A stretch of DNA of 64,000 nucleotides from an uncultured delta proteobacterium (GTDB lineage: Bacteria; Desulfobacterota; Binatia; UBA9968), in NCBI GenBank assembly GCA_963737905.1, contig CAVTUQ010000002.1, positions 128,001 through 192,000 of the forward strand, in the 5' to 3' direction. A program made the position numbers and the translations under genes. The notes beneath the pieces are model-generated. The model saw only the letters and a list, made by a program, of their open reading frames with translations, searched no databases and was not told the DNA's origin. Each line of letters starts with the position of its first letter. Within the stretch, counting starts at the first letter, position 1. Below are positions 54,991 to 64,000 of this stretch, one piece after another.

Positions 54991-56432
54991 GTGAACAGAT
55001 CGCGCACGACTTCTTTAACCGAATCGGTATAGGCCAGTCCGAGATTGGTCGCGGCGGGCGTGGGAACGGCGCGTTGAATCCGTCTCTCCCACAGCACAGT
55101 CCCATCATCAATCCGTATGAGCTTGAAATCAACGAAGACTCGCATGAACTTTTGCGACTCACCTTCCCAACGCCAGATCTCGCTGACGAAGACCAAGCCT
55201 GAAAGTTTTCCCTCACGAGCCATCCGAACAGCCCCATTCATGTCGGCGGGGAAAGCCGGAAAGCGCGGATCCATTTCTTCGGGAAGGGTAACTAGGTAAC
55301 CGTTTTGCTCCAACCCCTTGCGCAAGTCCTCACGCAACAAATCCATCACGCTCTGTCGGTAGTCGGAGGAAATCTTTCCTGCCATCTCTGCAAGGGAGCG
55401 TAGCGGATTTGTCGCCGGTAAAAGTAAAGGCAAGGCGGTGCTGTTCTTCACTTTTGCCAACCAAACTTGCTCTTTCTTAATGTCTTTCACTTGCGGCACC
55501 GGCGCAGAAGGCGTTCTCGTGGCGCAACTGGTAACCGCTCCGCCAACAAAAATCAGCATCAACAGCGCCGCACCTATTTTGGTTGGGACGCGGCTTAATC
55601 CGTAGGCTAGAAAGATCAGACAGCAGCCTAGGGTCACATCGGTGGGCCCCAAAGGAAGGTCCAAACGCACGGAGCTGTAGAAACCCAAAAAGGCCATAAT
55701 CACTCCCAGTATGGACGATAGTATCAAAAAAGAGCTCATCCGGCTCACCAAGGGCCGCGCCGCGAGCGCCGGCAGCACCAAGAACCCAAAAATCAACTGA
55801 GGCCCCGCCATGATCACTCCAAAAGCGATGATCAATCCGGCGAGAAGATAGAGCAACACATCCCAGATCACTTGACGCCCTTTCAAAAGAAACGCCAAAT
55901 CACGATCGAAAGAGGTCAAGAGAAATTCCCGGCGAAATATCAGCATCGCTACAAATACGACCCCAAAGACACCGATCAGTAGCCTCAGTTCGCCTTTGGA
56001 CAGCGCGATGACCTCACCCTTCAAGAGACTGAGAACTTCGATCTGGCCGGCTGGATTGAAGACTAAAAAGAGGATGGTCAATGCTCCGGCGAAAGCATAG
56101 GCAGCGGCCAGGCGACCTTCCGGGAAGCCTTTCCCGCGCTGTTCCAGATAGCCGAGTAACCCCATTCCTAAAAAAGTAAACACAAGCGAGCCGACCATAG
56201 CAATGCCGCGTTCACTCTCTCTAAGCTGTGGCAAGAGACCAGCCTGCTGCAACCAGAAAGTAAAAGAGACTCCGGCAGCGGCGATTTCCGGGAGCGTCAG
56301 TCCAAGGAATATCGTGCGCCGAAGGACCAGGTAAGAACCGATCAGCGGACACACTAACCCCATGATCATGGTACCTACGAGCGCAGGAAAAAGCAGATAA
56401 GAAGGATTCACAATTTCAAACAAAGTGCTCAT
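54984..56432 (-). CDS. ZnuB-like metal ABC permease fused to a C-terminal lipoprotein-like domain
   Basis: IGSYLVLRR, SFDRDLA, FGFLVLPA, LDLPLGP; then GAVTSC and a ~175-aa soluble domain in the same frame. Confidence 0.8.
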   Translation of the reverse strand: MSTLFEIVNPSYLLFPALVGTMIMGLVCPLIGSYLVLRRTIFLGLTLPEIAAAGVSFTFWLQQAGLLPQLRESERGIAMVGSLVFTFLGMGLLGYLEQRGKGFPEGRLAAAYAFAGALTILFLVFNPAGQIEVLSLLKGEVIALSKGELRLLIGVFGVVFVAMLIFRREFLLTSFDRDLAFLLKGRQVIWDVLLYLLAGLIIAFGVIMAGPQLIFGFLVLPALAARPLVSRMSSFLILSSILGVIMAFLGFYSSVRLDLPLGPTDVTLGCCLIFLAYGLSRVPTKIGAALLMLIFVGGAVTSCATRTPSAPVPQVKDIKKEQVWLAKVKNSTALPLLLPATNPLRSLAEMAGKISSDYRQSVMDLLREDLRKGLEQNGYLVTLPEEMDPRFPAFPADMNGAVRMAREGKLSGLVFVSEIWRWEGESQKFMRVFVDFKLIRIDDGTVLWERRIQRAVPTPAATNLGLAYTDSVKEVVRDLFTG

Positions 56433-57160
56433 GGCTGGTCACTCACTTTCTTCTCTTGCAACCAGATTTTTCCCTTGTCCACGCGAACGATTTTGTCGGC
56501 AACTCGCTGCACCATTTCAAGGTCGTGACTGGAAAAGAATAACGCCAACCCATTAACTCGGGTCAGGTGAATTAAAAGTTCCGCGATGGTCTTACGAGAT
56601 TCCTCATCCACACCGGACAGCGGCTCGTCTAGAATCATGATCTTCGGCTTGACCATCAAGGCGCGAGCAATAAGAATCCGCTGCTTTTGCCCGCCGGAGC
56701 ACGCAAAAAAAGATTTCGTCACAAGGTGGCGCATGCCGACTTGCTCTAAAACCTGGCTGGTTCTTTCCTTTTCTTCAGAGGGAAGGAATTGATACGAGCG
56801 CACGCGGCCGTAGGCTCCCATCTCCACGATCTCTCTCACGCTCAAGGGAAAGTGAGGATCGAGCGCGGCGCTTTGAGGCACATAGCCAAATTCCGATAAT
56901 GCGCAGTGTCGAGAAATAGAGCCGCCGAGAATCGGCAGAAGTCCGAGGATAGCGCGGAAAAGCGTCGTCTTGCCCGAACCGTTCGGACCGGCCACGCCAA
57001 TAAGGTCGCCTGGAGAAATCGTCACGTTTACGCCGTGAAGAACCGGCGTCGAATCGTAACCCAAGCTGACATCCTGAAGCGAAACCAGAGGGAGAGGCTC
57101 ATCTTTCGATACTCTCCCTCCGGCACTTTGTATTCCGTCGATATCTTGTCCCAACTTCAT
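56429..57160 (-). CDS. ZnuC-like metal ABC ATPase
   Basis: GPNGSGKT, GYVPQ, SGGQKQR, LDEP, SHDL. Confidence 0.9.
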   Translation of the reverse strand: MKLGQDIDGIQSAGGRVSKDEPLPLVSLQDVSLGYDSTPVLHGVNVTISPGDLIGVAGPNGSGKTTLFRAILGLLPILGGSISRHCALSEFGYVPQSAALDPHFPLSVREIVEMGAYGRVRSYQFLPSEEKERTSQVLEQVGMRHLVTKSFFACSGGQKQRILIARALMVKPKIMILDEPLSGVDEESRKTIAELLIHLTRVNGLALFFSSHDLEMVQRVADKIVRVDKGKIWLQEKKVSDQP

Positions 57161-57164
57161 GCCT

Positions 57165-58095
57165 CTAACTGACCGACTGAACTAAGGTACGTACAGTATA
57201 ATCAATCCATTTAATATAGGTATCGGTTTCCGGCTGGTTTCCTCCGCCGCTGTAAAGACGCAGAACCTTGATGCCTGTTTCGGCAGAAATTTGCTCGGGG
57301 AACCGCGGATTCTGAGCACCATAAATTAGCAACTGGGCTTTATCTTGCTTGATCTGCTTGTACCAACTGCACTATATGATTTGGCGTCGGCTCAATTCCA
57401 GGCTTTAACTCAATGCTCCCTATCCGCTTCATGCCAAATCGATCAGCAAAATAAATCCATTCCGGATGATACTCGACATATTTGACCCCCCGTAGAGGAA
57501 CCGCCATTTTTTCCCAGCGCGCAATCCAGCTATCCAGCTCCGCCATATAGGCTTTTAGATTTTTATCAAAGGCTTGCTGATGCTGGGGATAATTACGCGA
57601 GAGGCCGTCGGCGATGTTCTTCGCGACGATTTTCGCTCTCACAGGGTCCAAGAGATAGTGAGGATTTCCCTTCGGGTGAAGGTCGCCTTCCGACCGGTCC
57701 ACGAGTGTGGGAGCCTCGAGCACCGGAACTCCCACGGAACAATCTATATAGCCTGGCCGCCCTAGAAGAATTTTAGGATTATTTGCCACCTCCAAAAGCG
57801 CTGGGAGCCAGGAATGTTCGTCATCCAAGCCAATCAAGACCAGCACGTCTGCTCGGTTTAGCCTGGGTACAAAGCTCGGTTTCATGGGAACACCGTGAGG
57901 ATCCTCGACTCCCGTCGCTAGACTATCTGCAGTCACCAACTCTTTACCGATCTGCCGGGTAATATCAGCCAAATCTGGCAACGTCGCCACGACACGGATT
58001 TGCTGCGCGAAGACTAAACCGGTTTGCAGCCAAACCAATGCGAGCGATATGAAAAACACCTTCCAGTTTTTACTTCTCAACAGTTTCATCTTCAT
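57165..58095 (-). CDS. ZnuA/TroA-like metal-binding protein; indel at ~57360
   Basis: EDPH, GDLHPKGNPHYLLDP, YHPEW, KPGIEPTP; C-terminus continues in another frame to TAG at 57165. Confidence 0.85.
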
Positions 58096-58119
58096 AAACG
58101 TACTCCTTCTTATAGAGCT

Positions 58120-59416
58120 CTAACGGGTGAGGAACCCGTGGGTATGAGCGCCGATCACAGTCGTCCATTGGAGAAAAAATTGATTGCCTTTCTCGGCTTT
58201 GTCCGCTTTAAAATTATTGCTCAAATAGCTGTATTGAAAACGCAGTCGGTTAAATTCGCTGACGTTCCAGGTCAAGTACGGCGAATAGCTGAGCGTCCTC
58301 TGGCCTGAGTTATCAACCACCGGAGCGTAATCGAAGAGAAATCCAGTGGCCCAATTCTTGTTCAACTTGAGATCGACGTAACTGTAGCCGCCATAGGATT
58401 GTTGGCGCTTACCCACAGTGCGCGTTTCCAAAATACTCGGGTCATCCTCATTTGGAACCTCGATGTCAAACGGGAAAGCGCTCGCTGTTGGCATAGAATT
58501 CACTCCCCCACGTCAAACCCTGATAAACCGAGCTGCCGAGCGGTTGGTAACGATAAGTCAGATCAACACCGTTGAGCATCCGAGCGCCGCCAGAGGCATC
58601 ACCTGCGAGTCGCACCGAAGGCGTGTAGGCAAGGCTCGTACCTAATTCAATACTATGATTATCCGTGAGATCAAAATAAGTATTGAGCCTTCCGAGATAA
58701 GTAAACTGACTCCCGGACCGCAGCACTGTATTGTCGATTCGATCGTTGCCCTCTCCCATCTTGTTCATTGCGCCGAATGTCGCTCTCATGAAAAAAGGCG
58801 TCGGAAAAAGATAATACAATTCCGCCCCGTCCGCCTGCGTTTCGCCTCCCACCATCCGCTCGATAGAAAGCGGCTCGTTAACAAAAGGCAGCTCATGCTC
58901 ATGGTACTTGGGAAAGCGCCCGAAATCGGCCAAGAAACGACCTCCTTTGGCCGTCAGGTTATACGGGAGAGAAGTGGTGATCGCCGCGGCTTCATCTATC
59001 TCTACGCCATCCTTTGTACCGTTGATAAAACTATACATCCTCGCAAACGGATCTATTGAAGCCGCAATGCCGAACTCAGCACTGCGAAAATCAAAAAGGC
59101 CTCCGGCTGTGCCGCGCTTTTGGACATTGGCATCGAGCACAAGACCCATGGAGGGATTGAGCGCGCTGGGCGCGCTCTGAACCGCCTGGACCGATTTTTC
59201 CACCTGGCCCAGCCTAGCGGAGCTGGAAGATTTTTCCTTTTCCAACTGGTCAATTCGATCCAAAGCGTTCTTCAATTGATTCTGCATTTCCCCCAGTTGT
59301 TTCTTAAGTGCCTGAGTCGCATCTTCCTGTGACAGTCCCACTCTCGGAAACAAGATCACCAAGCATAATACAAATAACGCGGATGTGGTTTGCAATCTAG
59401 TTTGACATAAATCCAT
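58120..59416 (-). CDS. Outer-membrane beta-barrel/porin associated with metal uptake; indel at ~58470
   Basis: Signal peptide, coiled coil, IDPF, YHEHELPF, SEFNRLRFQY, C-terminal IGAHTHGF. Confidence 0.75.
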
Positions 59417-59498
59417 AAATCCACCCCCTACAAAAACAGGTATCTACCCCTCCCAACCAGGGAAGGGAAAATTAATAAATTTACGCGTGAAGGAAGAA

Positions 59499-59801
59499 TT
59501 ACAGAGGGAGTGAAGATGGAGGCGCGCGAACCGCGGGAGACTTTATTGAAAGCGCACCAAAAACTTGAGCTTCATGAGTCGTAATGGAGAAAATCTGAAG
59601 AGAGGGACTGTGCTCAGCTAGCGCTGAAGTTAATCCTGCGTGGATTCGCGTTCCATGATAGCAGCTACATTCATTGCCGACTCGTGCGGTCGAATTGAAA
59701 AAATGGAGGTGTAAAGGCAGAAAGAAAACAAAGAACAGGACTATTGCCGCGACGACACGGCGAGTGGTTGGACCCTTCTCCTTGAAAAATCGAAAGGACA
59801 C
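59499..59801 (-). CDS. RAPP-motif leader/arrest peptide A (100 aa, DUF2946/CutF-like logic)
   Basis: Basic N-terminus, hydrophobic segment, LPLHLH, CSC, C-terminal RAPP (59517-59528); paralog at 62823..63113. Confidence 0.75.
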   Translation of the reverse strand: MSFRFFKEKGPTTRRVVAAIVLFFVFFLPLHLHFFNSTARVGNECSCYHGTRIHAGLTSALAEHSPSLQIFSITTHEAQVFGALSIKSPAVRAPPSSLPL

Positions 59802-59808
59802 GGTCCCA

Positions 59809-59837
59809 AGGCTAGTCAAGCGGTAGCGGGTTGTCAA
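59809..59837 (-). promoter_or_regulatory. Sigma70 promoter of leader A
   Basis: TTGACA-17nt-TAGCCT, 7 nt before the in-frame GTG. Confidence 0.65.
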
Positions 59838-59885
59838 GGAAATAAGAGATTCTGCAGCACCGAGATTCGGCCTAACCCCGGCCGG

Positions 59886-59949
59886 TCGACAATCATTTTC
59901 ACATCACTCATCAGATAGCAGGTTTGTCGGATTGCGAATTGTTTGCAAT
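59886..59949. promoter_or_regulatory. Candidate Fur-family operators
   Basis: TCGACAATCATTTTCAC (59886-59902) and the IR ATTGCGAA-TTG-TTTGCAAT (59931-59949). Confidence 0.35.
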
Positions 59950-59963
59950 TAACCGGCGGCCAT

Positions 59964-60577
59964 TCAGCTTCCGGGTTTTCTCGACTCCAGTTGTGCAAAT
60001 ACCTCTTTCATGACCGTCTCGGCTACGAAGATGTTCGCTTGGCCGGTTAGCACGATGCCGTAAAGCGGAACGGGCCGCGAGGGACGGTTGACCTGCCAGA
60101 GTATCGCGCTCGTTTTGGGATCGACCATGATCACGTCTAAAGCGACGATCACGCCGTCGGCTTTCATTCCCCTCTCACTCGGCGTCGGTTCCCAGCGCCG
60201 CACTTCGATGTACAGGGCAGCCGCGTCAAGCCGCGCCTGTTCCACAATTTGCGCCGCCATCTGCGGGCTAGTCGGCACACGATCTTTGGTTGACAGCTTT
60301 ACAATGCTGGGTTCAACGACGTCGAAACGCTTCGCCGCGAGCTGGGCACGAGCCTGCTGGGCGAGCAGATCTTCGATCGTTCTCGACGGTAGACCCAGGA
60401 GTTCGCTCTCTGTTGCAGTGGGGCGCGTCTCGGCCGCGCCAAGCCGATAGGGCGGCAGAACCACGATCCGGCTAACATTTTGGGGAAGTCGAGTGACGAC
60501 TATTTGCGTGCACCCAACGCTCCGAGCAACAAGCTGAGAAGTCCGATTCGACCGATCAACGTTTTTTGTTTGCTCAT
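59964..60577 (-). CDS. Lipoprotein resembling the domain fused to the ZnuB-like permease; indel at ~60513
   Basis: Adding one G gives MSKQKTLIGRIGLLSLLLGALGC (lipobox) in frame with ORF 59964..60629. Confidence 0.7.
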
Positions 60578-60612
60578 ATTGGTATTCTCTTTGTCCATTT
60601 GCCCGGGAACTT

Positions 60613-61467
60613 CTACCTCCACGCGCCAACTATAGAAGACGCCGATGCGTCATTTGTCCGAGAGTTCCCAAGCTGAAAACGTCTTCAATCGTGCGCAGAA
60701 GGCTGTAGTGGTTGTAGGCGGTTTTGGAGACGCTACCGGAGAGGACCGAATCCCCTATTAGAGCCGTGAAGACGCGGTTGCTCGGATCATTGTCTTCTGC
60801 CTCGTCGAACGTGATGACAAACAACAACCCGTTCATGAAGGCAGAATTCTTCAGCCGAGGGCCAAAGGCCTTCGCTAACCAGCGATCAGCGAAGGCGGGT
60901 CCGGTGTGGTGCCCATCGTTTCTCTGGTCGGGGATATACAAAGAATAATCCGGTAGATTCCCGCTCGCCGCGTCGGAAGTGAGGGCGGATGCGTCAACAA
61001 TCTTGGCGCAGCGAGATGGATCTTTCTGTATGTTCTTGAAGCTCAGAAATGGCACATGTTTGCGTACGTAGTCGCCCGATCGATCTCCGAGAAAACAAAG
61101 TCCGGGATAAGCTTCGGCGTAAACCTTCCATGTCTTACCCTTTGCTTCTAGGAGATCACCGATATGGCGCAAGTTTAGGCTCACCGGTCCGTTAGACGTC
61201 ACACCGGCCGTGGTTCCTGCGGTCAGCGCTATATAGTTCGGCAGCGAGGGATGTGCCTCGGCATAGAATTCACTCAGGAGTGCGCCGCTTTTGGCCAAGT
61301 TGCCAAGGAAAGGCTGGACCAGAGCATCTCTATAATTGGCGTTCTCCAAGATACTGAACATTGCTTGCTCAAACCGCGTCAAAGAGCGGATCCTTCGGCT
61401 CAGCTCCATGCGCCAAAGCGATGGGGAGAAGTAAAACGGCAGCAATCCCAACCAAGTGTCTTTTCAT
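60613..61467 (-). CDS. Secreted phosphoesterase (acid phosphatase/PLC family); indels near both ends
   Basis: ILENANY, HPSLPNYIAL, YVRKHVPF, NDGH, ITFDE, YNHYSLLRTIE. Confidence 0.85.
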
Positions 61468-61487
61468 GATAACGGCTAGCGTTAACT

Positions 61488-62039
61488 CTAATGACTCAGG
61501 CCTCCGCGATACTTTTGCCACGCGGCAATCCCCGCTTGCGCTGCCTTCTCGTCAATGCCGGACGGCAAGCCCGACACGCCGACGGCGCCGACCAGGCGGT
61601 TGTTAACAATGAGAGGCAGTCCGCCGGAAACGATGTAGACTTGGCCCGGCCACATATTCATGATGCCGTAGAATCGGTTGGGGGCGGTCGTCATGAGTTC
61701 CGCTACCGCCGCGCTTGGCTGTCGGGAAATGATCGATGTGAATGCTTTGCCCTTGGCCTGATGCTCCGAGTTGAACGAGGTGCCGTCCATCCGATCCACC
61801 GAGACCACGTGCCCCCCATCATCCAGCACAGCGACCGCCATGCGCATTTTCAAGTTCCGGGCATGAGCAACCGCGCCCTCAATGATGATGCGCGCTTCCG
61901 CCAGCGGAATCGAAGATGACGACACGATGGGATTTGACGGCGGAGCGGTTGGCTCGGCCGCTGAAGCAACGCCACTGTTACCGGCCGATCCGAAAATCAG
62001 TAACAGACCAAGTAACGGCAAAAACCGAAAACTTTTCAT
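61488..62039 (-). CDS. GlcG/HbpS family heme-binding protein, secreted
   Basis: AVAVLDDGG...RMDG...KAFTS...GGLP...GAVGVSG; AGGAGG RBS. Confidence 0.85.
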   Translation of the reverse strand: MKSFRFLPLLGLLLIFGSAGNSGVASAAEPTAPPSNPIVSSSSIPLAEARIIIEGAVAHARNLKMRMAVAVLDDGGHVVSVDRMDGTSFNSEHQAKGKAFTSIISRQPSAAVAELMTTAPNRFYGIMNMWPGQVYIVSGGLPLIVNNRLVGAVGVSGLPSGIDEKAAQAGIAAWQKYRGGLSH

Positions 62040-62117
62040 AGCACGCCTCCTTTTTGAACAAAGTCTTGAATAGGAGAAAACCTTGGGGATCGCCATCGTA
62101 CACCCTATTTTCTTTCT

Positions 62118-62612
62118 TTACGTACTGCCGTTGGCTTTCGCTACATTTACGACACGGCGCGCGCCCAAAAACCTCTTGGCGTACCACGGCTGGTTGAGAT
62201 CAGTGATGATCACCCGCCCGGCCTTTTTCTCGGCATGTAAGAATTGATGATGGCCCATATAGACACCTACATGAGTAGGTGTGTTACCCTCAGATGAAAA
62301 AAACACCAAGTCGCCAGTTTCCAAACTGTCCATCGGAACTTCCTCGCCGGCCTCAATTTGGTCACGCGAAGTCCGTGGCAGCTCGATGTGCAGTTTAGCG
62401 AAAATCATTTTGACTAAACCCGAGCAGTCCGCGCCCCGACGCTCCGACATTCCTCCCCAGCGATACGGTAGCCCCAGAAAGGTACGAGCCGCTTTCGCTA
62501 ATTTGTAACGAACCGCCTGAGACACGGGAGTGGACTCCTCCGGAAAACAAACCGCCTTGGAAAGAAGCAGGCTCAAAACAAGAAATAAAACCATTATGTA
62601 TAGTCGTTCCAT
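62118..62612 (-). CDS. NlpC/P60 (C40) peptidase
   Basis: LGLPYRWGG, DCSGLV, LPRTS, GDLVFF, HVGVY, FLHA. Confidence 0.92.
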   Translation of the reverse strand: MERLYIMVLFLVLSLLLSKAVCFPEESTPVSQAVRYKLAKAARTFLGLPYRWGGMSERRGADCSGLVKMIFAKLHIELPRTSRDQIEAGEEVPMDSLETGDLVFFSSEGNTPTHVGVYMGHHQFLHAEKKAGRVIITDLNQPWYAKRFLGARRVVNVAKANGST

Positions 62613-62822
62613 TAAACCTCCGTATACAATTTTGCCTGCGGCTTATTGATATCCTGCTGATATGAATCAGCGTGACTCGAACAGCCGCGGTGCAAGCATC
62701 AAAAGCTATGTCGAAGTAGATCCCCGGCTGAGCTGACAGGCCAGGGGCTTGGCCGTTGAATTGTAGCCTCTCCCTAAATTGTCTTCGGGAGAACAAGTAA
62801 CGGCCTTGATGTAGTTACGATG

Positions 62823-63113
62823 CTAGAGAATAGGAGGTGCGCGGGCTAATTCAGACTCGATGGTAACTTGAACAGGAGCTTCCGTTATGCGGACGATTAA
62901 GAACGACACCCCAGCGGAAGGACCGAGAATAGCAGCTGCTGGAGCCAAGTCCATCTGAACGCGACCGCCGTAACAGCAGCAAGCGCAGTCCTCGCTCACC
63001 TTTGGGTTAGCGGGAAAATGAATATGAAGAGGCAGGAAGAAGACGAACAACAAGATCGCCGCGCTTAAAAGACGGCTGACCTTGTGCGACTTCTTTAGGC
63101 AGAGAATAAACAC
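62823..63113 (-). CDS. RAPP-motif leader/arrest peptide B (96 aa)
   Basis: Hydrophobic segment, LPLHIH, CACCC, C-terminal RAPP (62832-62843). Confidence 0.75.
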   Translation of the reverse strand: MFILCLKKSHKVSRLLSAAILLFVFFLPLHIHFPANPKVSEDCACCCYGGRVQMDLAPAAAILGPSAGVSFLIVRITEAPVQVTIESELARAPPIL

Positions 63114-63120
63114 GCCCTTG

Positions 63121-63149
63121 AACCTAAACAATGCGTTCTTCGATGTCAA
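63121..63149 (-). promoter_or_regulatory. Sigma70 promoter of leader B
   Basis: TTGACA-17nt-TAGGTT, 7 nt before the in-frame GTG. Confidence 0.65.
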
Positions 63150-63447
63150 TGAAAAAACCAAAACGATCGGCCGACGCATTCACTGGCGGCGTTTATTGCG
63201 AAGGCAGCTCAAAATCACGTTTTGGCGGGGGCTCAATATCGTCCTGGTCCCTCGCCATGAAATCTGAGAAACAGAGATGCTCGGTAGTGAAATGAGCCGC
63301 TTTATCGGCAGATACCTGGACTGGAGCCAAGTCCCATTTTCGGCAACCGAGTGCCATGGGAGGCCGTACCACGGATTACATTCTTTAGGAACGTGCGCCC
63401 TCGCCGTGACGGGATGAAAGGGAAGCAAAGTCGAGGCAGCGGCACAG

Positions 63448-63476
63448 GTAAACTTTCTGCGGGGGGTCACGTCTAA
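63448..63476 (+). promoter_or_regulatory. Candidate ECF sigma promoter
   Basis: GTAAAC-16nt-CGTCTAA. Confidence 0.4.
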
Positions 63477-63522
63477 TCTGGAAAATGGCCAAATGGGCAA
63501 AAAATAGAGGATAGACAAGATT

Positions 63523-63907
63523 ATGGACAGATTGTCAAAGATACTCGGAGCCGGCTTTATGGCATCATCTTTACTGTTTCTCAGTACCTCGGCCTTTGCC
63601 GCGGACCGCGGAAATCAAGGGCGATTTAAAGGAGCTACAGCAGGATCACAAAGAATTGCACCAGGACAATAAAGCGATTCGGGGGGATCGCCGGGAGTCG
63701 CGCGGCGATTTCACAGAGCTTAAAGGAGACTGAAACGAATTCCGCGGGGACTTGAAAAACGGCGCGGGCGACACGAGATCGCCCAGGATCGAACAGGAAT
63801 CCGCGGCGATCGAAAAGAGATCAAAGGCGATAGGCACGCTCAGAAAGATCACCGGGAACGTCCATGGCGACAGACGCGAGCTGCGACGCGATATCAGCGA
63901 CTCGTAA
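63523..63907 (+). CDS. Secreted charged heptad-repeat protein, multiply frameshifted
   Basis: Signal peptide MDRLSKILGAGFMASSLLFLSTSAFA, then EIKGDLK-ELQQDHK-ELHQDNK-AIRGDRR-type repeats in shifting frames. Confidence 0.55.
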
Positions 63908-64000
63908 AGCAAGCAATTAGGCTCTGGCTTCATTGTCTTTAGTGGCCGCCGCCTCCTCATGTCTTGGCAGCCATCTCTCGGCTTTCGCACGTGGTATAAT

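Noticed and set aside
63180-63518. 112-aa minus-strand ORF upstream of leader B
   Set aside because: No RBS, motif or compositional support, and it overlaps a divergent promoter region.

Overview
Bacterial chromosomal window, about 55-58% GC by eye. Gene content and sequence style suggest a Deltaproteobacteria-like lineage such as Binatota (inference). Many single-base indels split otherwise intact genes (mfd, rrf2, tctA, znuA, porin, M16 peptidase), consistent with an unpolished long-read assembly. The left half is mostly housekeeping: nth, eno, ftsB, pcm, a GcvH-like protein lacking its lipoyl-Lys, an unusual iscS-iscA-sufB-nifS-rrf2 operon, a short uvrA, pmm, pdxA, surA and mfd. The middle holds a TIR-TM-Ig-Ig-TPR protein, oxidoreductases, an Mla/Mce ABC system, orphan genes, a TTT transporter and a higBA module. 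The most interesting feature is at 51.5-63.2 kb. Two paralogous ~100-aa proteins share a signal/TM segment, FVFFLPLHxH, a Cys cluster and a C-terminal RAPP ribosome-arrest motif exactly 58 residues after the HxH. Each has an identically built, apparently leaderless promoter (TTGACA-17-TAGnnT-7-GTG). One heads a porin-ZnuACB-ZIP-M16 metal-uptake operon and the other heads a set of secreted-enzyme genes. This is a candidate metal- or secretion-sensing arrest-peptide regulatory system. No rRNA, tRNA or CRISPR array was seen.
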